Shown: positions 28,684-38,878 of the stretch, piece after piece
Layout: the number at the start of each line of letters is the position of its first letter
How positions within the stretch are numbered: position 1 is the first letter of the stretch
Assembly: GCA_977030845.1 (NCBI GenBank)
Contig: OZ365110.1
Span: 6,572,001 to 6,636,000, forward strand
Direction of reading: 5' to 3'
Length of the DNA stretch: 64,000 bases
DNA from: Fimbriosthenelais zetlandica
Taxonomy: Eukaryota
The notes under the pieces: generated by a model
Database searches by the model: none
Told to the model about the DNA's origin: nothing
Seen by the model: the letters and a program-made list of their open reading frames with translations, nothing else
Made by a program: the position numbers and the translations under genes

Positions 28684-31600
28684 TCAGGACGTAGACTTGG
28701 CGCTGTATGCACTTAGCTGTTTTTTGTACACCTCCGCCTCCTCAGCCTTCACCTGAAGCTGGGCCTTGTATTCCTCCGCCTTTCTTTGTACTTCCTCCAG
28801 CTGACGCTTGAGGTCGCTCGAGTCGGGATCCACCTGTATCCGCATCCTCTTCACTGAAGGCTCACCACTTTCATCTTCCACTGAAACTTAGAAAATATTT
28901 TATACATCAACAGATGACACTTAACAAGTTGTCTTTTCTTCTTTTCTCTGTTTTTTTTAATATTAAAACTGTTAAGTATTTTACTATTTGTTTTCGTCTT
29001 GCACTTATTCAAATTTAAAGCTACCAACAGGGGAACATTTTTTGAGAACTTTAACCAAAAATATGAGCTTAAAGGATTTCTACCAGTTTCTTAACGGAAA
29101 ATATATGTAAATATTTAAAATGTAATATATCCGTAGCAATACCGTTTGCTAAAAATTCCGATTCTGACATTTGGCTTTATTCACTTTTAAAATTTAAAAA
29201 AATCACCCAATTATTCTAACTTAGAAGATGACAAATAAATTCACTACCTCTCGAGGGGTGAAATTAGAAAAGATATTATATTTTGAGTATCGAAATTCTT
29301 TTCAATATTACACGAGACCACCCTAAATCGGGGGTTTAATAGTTTTACATGAGATATTAAATAAGATATTATATTTTACATAAGATATTATATTTTGAGT
29401 ATCAAAATTCTATTCAATATTACACCAGACCACCCTAAATTTGGGGTTAAATAGTTTTACATGAGATATTATATTTTACATAAGATATTATATTTTACCT
29501 GTTTCTTCGCAGACGGTCTGACCATCCTCGTCAGTGACCACCATAACGGTAGCGTTGCCGTCGGACAGTTGACTCTGATCCTCCACTATAGCGATAACGC
29601 GTTGACCGTCCTCGTCTGTCACCACGTTCTCTAGCGTCTCTACCGTCTCCTCCACCACCTCAGTCTCACCACTCTCACTCAGCGACCCCTGCTTCACGTA
29701 GTTCAACGCCAGCTTACCCGCCTCTGAAAATGGATACAATAATTAATTCGTTTTGAATATTTAATGTCCAGTCAGCAATTTTTCTGCCATCTCAGGACGA
29801 GAGGAAACACGCTGTTCGCACACAATGGGCTTCTCTTCTCGAACGGCAGCAATCGCTTTTTATAAACCGCACCTGACTATAAACCGCACCACCTGGCCTG
29901 GGTTAAAAATCCATAAACCGCAGCTTTATAAATATCCATAAAACAGCTGGCCGCGATTTTTTGGAAAAAAAGTCGCGGCTTACACCCCGGCAAATACGGT
30001 ACTTTAGGCGTTATTCTAATTTGTCTAATTTGTTAAGAAACTATTTTACCATGTTGATGTTAATAATTAAATTACGTGAATATAAGTATTTTTAGAGCTA
30101 TACATTCCAACTGTTATTTCGATTTGCCACCAGATCTCTATTTCACGTGGTAGTACACATATTCACTTGCTGTAATTCTCTGTCATTGTCACTATTCAAG
30201 AATTAATACTATTTTATTTACCTGTTAGTGTAAGCGTGTGTCCACTCTCGAGTGAGGAGGAGACCATGGTAGGAGCATCAGCGGCTGATATCATAGTGAT
30301 ACCATGAGTCTCTAACCAGTTCCACGCCTCAGCTGCACTGGTATCTACAACACGAAAATGTCATCAAATATATAACTGAAATGCCTATACATGTTTTAAT
30401 ATCCATATTGAAGACCCAATTATATTTTTAAATCATTAAAAAGAAATAAGTAAATGTATTTTTTTTAATTTTAAAAATCATCATTTCTTTAAAAATCATT
30501 AAATAAATCCAGTGGTTTTCACAAAAGAAATATATTTCACAAGAATTATTTAGAACATTACCGATCAGAATTAGTATATCAACTCGTTTAAATGTCCATT
30601 TTTATTCAATAAATTCAGTGGAAATTAATTCAGAAATTCATATTGCCCAAGAAATAGTTAAACATCATAGATCAGAATTGTTAAATTAATGTAGTTTGTA
30701 AAAATCATCATCCTTATTCAAGGTAATTATCTCAAAATTTGATATAAATATTGCTAGGTGTGAGGTAGTTTACTTACTGCTATTTGAAGCGTTGAGAGGT
30801 CCAGTAGCCTCAGCAAGAGCCGCTAACGTGGCCAGCACACTGGTGCTACTCTGGTCAGTGGTCTCTATAACATTGCCTGCAGCACTCGATGTTACTACCA
30901 CTGGAATAAGGAATTACAATATAAAAATAATCACAACAAATTAACAACTAACAAACATAATCCAGGTTGGAATAAAAGAATTAAATGGAAAAAAATAATT
31001 CTTTTATTATAACCGGGAATTAAAGGAGATTTTTTTTACAAAATGAACAAATTAATCCATATTTTTTAAACACTTTCACAAGAAAACCTGCACATGACGA
31101 TAGCCATGATCTACATTTAAAAATAAATAGTTTGAATTGGGTCGAAGCAACAGCACGGATATCAGTGTGAAAAGGAGGAACATGCTGTCCGCTCTCTAGC
31201 CTGTTCTTCACCAAAACTAGAAATGGATATTTTCATGGCAGGTGTTGTGAAAGCCCACTCGGTGGAGAAGTCTGGAAAAAGTTAAACTCATCTTCCAGGT
31301 TTTCTCCGATTTCCAGAGTCAGTGGGAACCCTGATATACCAATCTTTTCTACGGACCTTCTTCACCAGAACTTGTGACGAGTTTGGTGTGTGAGTTAGGT
31401 ACCACGGTGACGGGGGTGACGTCATTAGTGTGTAAGGTGCCGTCTGTCAGCACGGTCGGGGTAGTCGTCACCTCCTCTATTACCTGAGGCTCTCCTGAGG
31501 TCACCTCGATGGGATTTGTTTGACTCTGCAAATTTAGAAGAAACTTCATTTAAATTAATGCAACAGTTAATATAGTCAGAAGTCTCAGCTAAATATTTAA

Positions 31601-32868
31601 ACATGTAATTTATTCAGGAGATGCACATACACATACATTTCAAAATTTAAACATAGTAATGGATAGGTAATCGTAAGTTTAGTGTGCCATCTTAATATAG
31701 ATTTGTTACTCCGTGGAATAGATATTTTTTTGAAGAAAAATAAGTTACTTACAAGCTGGAGAAGTTGTGCGATATCTGTTCGGCCATTTGCTATTGATAT
31801 GTCGAGTGGAGTTTTGTCAAACTGAAAGGAAGAAACACAATCTCTTTTTTAAATTAAATTTCATATAAAATACTTAATCTATGACTCCATTAAAAACTAA
31901 TTTTAAGAGCAGGAATTTCAGGGAGAAGAAGAGATAATCGCAAGTTTACCTTATTTCTGGAAGTCACTTCTGACCCTTGTTTAAGAAATAGCTGAACTAC
32001 GTCAATGTTGCCTTTTTCCACCGCCCAGTGAAGAGGAGTCATCTTTAACTGAAATTTTAAAAAGTTGGTTTTGTTCATTTATGAAGTTTTTCTCTTTCTT
32101 GATTTGCCTTAATATATTGATACTACCTCTCTGAGGTAACACAGAACCGCTATAGATCCATACCATGTCCTTTGCCTCAATGTCAGCCCCATTCCTTATC
32201 AGTAGTTCCACGATTTCCATATGTCCCTCTTGACTAGCGACGTGTAAAGGTGTCCTATCAACCTTGGTCCTGGCGTCACGACTGATACCCGCTCGGAGCA
32301 GCACTTCAGCCGTACCCAGATGGCCAAACTGTGAGGCGAAGTGAAGAGGCGAAGTCCCCAGCTAGAAAGTATTATGGAAAAACATTTTCTCTTTATATTC
32401 CCGGTTAGAATAAAAGAAGTAAATTAAAAAGGAGGAAGGTGAGATCAAGCACCTACTTCGATCCCCACCCTCCACTCAATCTCATATTTCATTTTTCAAG
32501 TACAGAATAAACAAATATAAAATTATGGAGGTGAGTTGACGATATATTTTACACTATCGCATACAGATTTATGTGGAACGATAATATCAACTCATCAATC
32601 TAATCTCAAACTACCGGTACTGATTGCTTCATTTTGAAAATTGGAGTTTTCTCTTTGAACCTCAGTATTCAAATGGATAGGTTATTTTTAAGCATCTCCC
32701 GTCTCCTACTACTGGACTCAGGAGTTTTCTATAAATTAAAAAAATATATATTTGGTATACCCAGTCAGTGGTAAAAGGGGCTCCATTAGACATGAGAGTT
32801 CTCACATCGTCTGTGTCACCTCTTTTAGCAGCTTCCAGCAAGCGTTTTCCAAGATCAACAAGTGACAT
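28684..32868 (-). CDS. GABPB: GA-binding protein subunit beta (ankyrin repeats, NLS, C-terminal leucine zipper; 9 coding exons, about 436 aa)
   Basis: Exons 32761-32868 ([15 protein letters not shown]...GAPFTTDW), 32164-32361 (LGTSPLH...[11 protein letters not shown]), 31950-32048, 31753-31821, 31357-31525, 30778-30900, 30222-30344, 29499-29723, 28684-28880 ([20 protein letters not shown]); phases consistent. Confidence 0.93.
29271..29497. repeat. Tandem duplication, period about 112 bp, last GABPB intron
   Basis: AGATATTATATTTT(T)GAGTATC...CAATATTACAC.AGACCACCCTAAAT..GGG.TT.AATAGTTTTACATGAGATATTA occurs twice. Confidence 0.85.
29858..29999 (-). mobile_element. Inverted copy of the 1189 MITE family in a GABPB intron
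   Basis: Ends GGCCGCGATTTTTTGGAAAAAAAGTCGCGGCTTACACCCCGGCAAATACGG-TA, reverse complement of the family 5' end. Confidence 0.6.
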
Positions 32869-33817
32869 TTTCGATCACTTACTGATGCTTGGCTATTCTG
32901 AAAATAATAATAATTACGAAAAATATAATATAAGTAAACATGATGTACCGTATCTATATGCTAGCCTATTCATTATATTAGATTAATAATAATATTATAT
33001 TTTCGAAATAATTATCTCATATTATTTTTTCTCTCCCGCTACACAAGATCAATGAATGTAGGCCTATGGTGAGATTCTAAGTCTGACTAAGAGAAAAATT
33101 TAAACTACAGCTTGTAGGCCTAGGCCTACTCATAGAACTGTAGCCTACTAAACCTGAGTTAAACTTGCATGTAGTGAGAAATAGTATTGCATGTTCTCGC
33201 AATCTTGGTAAGATTATCAATATTATTTTATGATTCAGATTGTCGAATACTTGGAATAGCGTACCGGATAGGCCTACTGCCAAGTCTCTAGCCAAAATAT
33301 TCGCCTATTAAATATTCGAGAGTGGGGCCAGCTATGGCTATGGCATGATGCCTATGCAGGCTACCAAGCCTCAAGTCAAGACGTCCAAGAAGACAAGTAT
33401 GCCAAACCTGAAGGGTTCCCAAATGACAGGATCTAAGTAACCATTTTTATTTATTATACGATTCTTTGAAACCCTGACGGTCTAATAAACTAAATTAACG
33501 TATGATATCAATCCGAATCAACATGTCGGGCACTGTCACTGAGGGCTTAATCGTGGCCACTGAGAGTGTGAATAGGTCATAACATAACATCGGCCTGGAC
33601 TGGTGCGGTGGGGAGCCGAAATCAACAACGTATCTGACCCTGCGGGGTGTATGTGCTGGGATGGCGTTAGGGAAACATACGGACAGCATCATTTCCATGG
33701 GCGTCAACATTTCATACATTAGGGGAAGGCAGAGGTGTTTCAATACCCCTATAATTAGGGGTAAAGCATCAACAAACGTAACCCACATGGCAACAGGAAA
33801 TCGCCTTGTTTTCTTAC

Positions 33818-34708
33818 CGCCATTTCCGCAAAATCAAAACGGAAGTAGCGTGAGGGGAAAGCGGAAAGACCCTTCTGCAACACTCTAATATGGTCCAATG
33901 CACTTTTTACGGTAGCCAAAGTATTGTCAATCATAATACGTACCTGTATTGTAATAATTAAGTGTCAAATCACCAAAATAATGCGTCTAAATCGAGTTAT
34001 TCTGTCCAGACCCGTTCCCCACGCCGGAAGTTTCCACCGGAAGCACGCGTGGACTATTCACCCACCGACTCCGCCTGATGACTTGTAAATCAAATTTTAA
34101 TATGCAACAAAAATTGCACAATATTGTCATGGACGAAAATGTTCTATAAGTCTATAATGATAATGATATTACGGAGGAGTATATAGAGCCATATTCCGAT
34201 CAGAACAAGTATGTAACGAGCGCACTATATTCTGAGGGTGTAAGAATATAGCATGAATATAGTCCGCGTCACTTCTCGTGTTGTCTCTCCATGTCTCGCG
34301 AGAGGATGCTGAATGATGTTTACACGCATGCGCCAAAATAATGGTGCGTGAGGGAAAATGATGTGAACTAACTACGAGCTACATTATCCTAGTATCCTCG
34401 CTAAACGCTGGAGAACCAATATAAGAACACGATAATATAGTTAAATCTGGTACTTTGCTAGTCGGCTGTCATGAATTATGTGTGGAAATATTCATTTTGG
34501 CGCCGGAAAGCCACTTGACATGACCGGGATCTCGTCTGCTAGTGGGACTCTGGAGTGTTTACCATCTTGTTGTCGAAGGAGAAGCTTCGGCTCTACCGAA
34601 GCTGCAGCATCGGAGGTGGGTCTACAACCACCATGTACACTCTAGCGTCATCGTGGGACTTGGACCGCCATGTATTCTTGCTGAGGAAGGGCCCATGACT
34701 TTGATGTT
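33818..34708. promoter_or_regulatory. Putative bidirectional promoter GABPB / TLNRD1
   Basis: Minus-strand donor (GCG|GTAAGA) at 33817/33818 suggests a non-coding GABPB exon; CGGAAGT at 33840, CCGGAAGT 34024, CCGGAAGC 34037, YY1-like CCGCCATTT 33817, NRF1-like CGCATGCGC about 34324. Confidence 0.68.
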
Positions 34709-36267
34709 ATGGTGTGTTTAAACAAAGGTGAACAGCCTTCGGCCATGTCCACTGCCCAGGCGAAAGAGGTAGTGTCAACATGCAACCGGGGCCAAGCGCG
34801 AATGCAGGCGGTGGCCGATTTGCTCCTGTTAACGAGCGACTCGCGGCCTGTCGCCACGGAAAGTTTGTCCTCTTTTTTCGGGGCCTCATTCCCAAAATGT
34901 CGGGAAACCATTGTGACTCGTTCTAAGGGACTTCTAGTGCTGACAGGCAAAATTAATGAACAGTTACACAGTGTGACTGCAAAGTGGCATGATATTTGTG
35001 TGTGTTTGCAGGATATCTGCGAGCTTATCGTAGGCATTACGGAATGCTCTGCACATGCATCATATTTAATATCAGCGAGCAAATCACAGTGTGTAAGCGC
35101 AGAGGCCGGAATTATAGATCAATACAAAATAAGCAGGGCCAATGTGGAGATCGATCTGTGCTGTAAACAGATTCACCAGTCATCCGTGGAGGAGTTATCG
35201 CCACAAACTCTTGTACAAATATGCTCCGACATAACCAAGAATTTAACCGTGCTCACCGAGTGCTGTAAATACGCTAGTGAAAATGCCAATGATGGATTTA
35301 GTCAAGAACAGTTTAAATTGTGTATTAAAAGCTTTACCTCATGTGCAAGTTGTCTTATGTCGAGCATAAAATGCTTCAAATCGCAACCGACAGAAACGCA
35401 TCAGTTACGATGTGTAGGCTTTTGCGAATCGCTAAGACATTCGACGCAGGCCACAGTGAGCTTCGCGACTGAAGAGCAATATACGGGGAAAGCTGCGATA
35501 CTCACACCCGAAGCCAAAGAAGCTAAGAAAGCAGTTCTTGGTATGTTGAAATTTGTTAAAATTCCTACCACAGTAAATAAAAATTGGGTTTCTTTAATAA
35601 AAATCCAAGATAGAATTATCAATGAAGCTACCGGGTAACCGGTATTAATGTAGAATTGACCACTAAGTGTTGATATAATCTGATATACTGTAGGCCCTAC
35701 GGTATCACAGTCTATATAACATTAACCCATGAGCCCGATATTAGATTGATAACAGAAAATTAACTCCTGCCACACTGGGGCAAGAGCCCCACAACAGCTG
35801 CAGGAAAAAAACTAAAAACATAACAAGCAATTGCAATTAAATTTAAAGCGACAGTGTTCGATACATCTATTTTTACTGGCGTACCGGTACTGGTAATATA
35901 TCAGATCAACAATTACCAACCTATTATTATTACTCAGAAAAATGTATAATTTTGTGTTAAAAGAAAATATATTTCTTCGGATAAAATGTAGGCTACCAGA
36001 TGAATTTTATGACCTGGTATGTAACTGTTATGATATTTTTCATATCCAGGTGGTTGTCTCAGTATCGTCGCCTCCTGTATTCAGCTGTGTCGAACCATCA
36101 AAGAGCTTGCCTATGATAATATGAATACCGGACATAGGGACCGTGTCAGTATGTGTACAGACTCAATATCTAAAGCATCTAGTCAGCTAGCCACGGCCCT
36201 CAGACAGCATAATGTGACAGAGAGCAAATCACAAGCTCTGATAACACAATACTACCCCCAGAGATAG
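34709..36267 (+). CDS. TLNRD1: Talin rod domain-containing protein 1 (MESDC1) homolog, 2 coding exons, about 349 aa
   Basis: Exon 34709-35540 (MQAVADLLLL, CRETIVTRSKGL, TECSAHASYL, FATEEQYTGKAA) spliced in phase 1 to 36050-36267 (GGCLSIVASCIQLC...QYYPQR*); start may instead be ATG 34745. Confidence 0.9.
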
Positions 36268-36770
36268 CGATAACCCCATGTACCGCCCCCAGAAATAGCA
36301 ATAGCCTACAGTACCATCCCCAGAGATAGCGATAACCCAAAGGACCACCCCCAGAGATAGCAATAATCCAGAGTACCACCCCCAGAGATAGCGATAATCC
36401 ACAGTACCACCCCCAGAGATAGCGATAACCCACAGTACCATCCCCAGAGATAGCGATAACCCAAAGGACTACCCCCAGAGACAGTGATTGTCCAAAGTAC
36501 CACAACCAGAAATGAGAGATAGCAATAATCCAAAGTACCACCCCCAGAAATAGCGGTAATCCACAGTACCACCCCCTGAGATAGTGAATACAAAGTACCA
36601 ACCCCAGAGATAGCGATAATCCAGAGTATACACCCAGAGATAGCAATAATCCAGAGTACCACCCCCAGAGATAGTGAATCCAAAGTACCACCCCCAGAGA
36701 TAGCGATAATCCACAGTATACACCCAGAGATAGCAATAATCCACAGTACCCCACCCAGAAATCCCGCACA
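36245..36770. repeat. Minisatellite, about 17 units of 29-31 bp (consensus ACAGTACCACCCCCAGAGATAGCGATAATCC)
   Basis: Units read directly; a 29+31+30 bp higher-order block repeats near the 3' end. Confidence 0.95.
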
Positions 36771-38630
36771 TAGTACAACCCATCGAATACCTCCGTTTAC
36801 ATATGGGAACCAAATTAAAAAATGTGAAAGCCTTGGATTACCGTACTTAAAATGCCAATGATGGATTTAAAATCTTCGGGAGTTGTTTATACGAATTAGT
36901 CGTCCAGATTTTGTGAGTGAACATTGAGTCCTGCCTCTTCGACCATTGTTCTGCAACAGAGCCAATGGCATCGGTACGTTGAAAAGGTAATTATTGTCCA
37001 ACAATTCTAATGTATTTTCACTACACATAAGATGATAATTATTAATTATATGACAAGATTTCAATCAAAATACTTTCCCGTATTTTACAATGATGCCTTT
37101 CATGTTTGCTATTATTTTTCTTTCCGCTCACTTTCCTCTCTACTATGTGTTTATTTCATGCAATTTATTTATTCATCCGAAACTTTCTACACCCAGGTGG
37201 TTGAGAAGATGCTATCTCTGGTGCTTATACTTAGAAAAGGGCCTGACTTCGAAAGAGGCTATTCATTTTAATAGCCCCAATTATTTTACTGAATTTATGA
37301 GGCTGAGATCCTAGGGCATTAACCCATATTCTGTGACATTTGTATGGGAATTATTATTTATTAGTATTATTTGACGTATATGCACTGCCCTTCGAGCTAT
37401 GGAAGGATGGTTAACATTTTGAAAAGGAAAATGTATTCCCTTCGTGGGCTCACTCTAGCTACTAATTATGTGTAGCAAAAAGTGCTAAAGACTCCAAACT
37501 TCTCTTAGCAATTTGCAGTTGGCATTAGCAGATGTTAATTTGAAGGAAACATTGCTAGTTGGATTTTTCCTTCAACTCTGATATTTGTGTGATATTGCGG
37601 CGGTTAGACGTAATTTTTATTTCGCAAAATTAGCTAATAACAGTAATTCTCCTTTAGCAAAGTAGTATTATTATTCGCAAATTGCGACTATGCGATCTGT
37701 TAGAGCGAGCCCAGCCTTCCAGGGTTTAGATTACAATGTATGCCTGTTATGCAGTCCTCTATAGTAAATCTTCATTGGATTGATTGTCCCCTTAGGCTGA
37801 ACAAAAAGAGGAGGAGGGGAAAGAGCAAGTGTTGGCCTCGTACTGCGATATCTTTGTTATGCGAATACCAGAAGATCATGACAAAGTCACATAGACTTGC
37901 ATATGCCCTTGCCTTTCACGTATAATATTAATCTAATTTCTGATTTTCCGATCATTTTGGGGGTAAGGAAATCGAAATTTAGATACGGCATGGAATTAGG
38001 TTCGGGCTTATAGATACTACTTATGAAAGGGATAAGATTTGTGAAAAACCGGGCGGGGCAGGCCCCAAATTGTGTTATTCGAGAAACAAAAATCATCTCG
38101 AAGTTAGTGGTCTTGACCCAACCACCACCACCACCACCAACCATAATTCACTCACTATAGATCATGATGGAGTTATTATCTGTAGACAAAGTGACACGGA
38201 GTATAATTTAATTTTAGGGGGTATGGAAGGATTTCAAGCTTAGAAGACGGACGTATATGATCCCTTGGGTTGTGACCTAAACTCCTTTCCAAATCACATT
38301 GAGTTCAGCACATCCATCTGAATGTCACAAAGTGTCAGAGAATATAATCTAAGTGTTACACTTACAGGGAGCCGCCCTATAGAAACATGAGCCTGCCCAG
38401 ATCCACATAACAGACAGATTCATGCAGAACACAACCTGCTCGTGAATATATTTATATATTACCAGCCCCCAATAACCCACCTTCCTCCTATTGCACGCCC
38501 TGTCTTGGCAAGTCACTATACGTCCTGGGCGTAGTGCCGCCTCACTTGCCACCTACCACCCACACCCATATAATATTATAATGTATTTCACATGTTACTA
38601 ACTTGCTCAATGGTGTATAAATAAAGTGAC

Positions 38631-38878
38631 TGCATCTTGGCACCGAGTCGCGAATGCAAGTAACTTTAGGACCTACTTGAATTCAAAAGTTGAAAAGAGA
38701 TGAAATGTCATAGCTAATGAAGGGGAAAATGATGAAAAATGGCATCCAGTTTTCTCTTATTATGTGTTCATTTGTTTTTCATTGATATTATTTAAATAGA
38801 ATTTATAAATTACACTGAATGCATTTTGGCACTGACTTCCGAATGCAAGTGCCTAGGACCTACATTCTAAAGTGGAGA
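38631..38878. repeat. Direct repeat of about 60 bp, period about 189 bp
   Basis: TGCAT(C/T)TTGGCAC.GA...CGAATGCAAGT...TAGGACCTAC at 38631 and 38820. Confidence 0.7.

Noticed and set aside
34648-35082. 144-aa minus ORF
   Set aside because: Antisense shadow of the TLNRD1 coding exon
36245-36770. CRISPR-like appearance of 30-bp repeats
   Set aside because: Units are contiguous and degenerate with no unique spacers; it is a minisatellite
36200-36813. Four overlapping minus-strand ORFs (up to 192 aa)
   Set aside because: Translations of the satellite's reverse strand; repetitive peptides
38639-38650. GGCACCGAGTCG, matching the 3' end of the Cas9 tracrRNA/sgRNA scaffold
   Set aside because: Only 12 nt; part of a local direct repeat whose second copy differs; no rest of scaffold, cas genes or array; eukaryotic context
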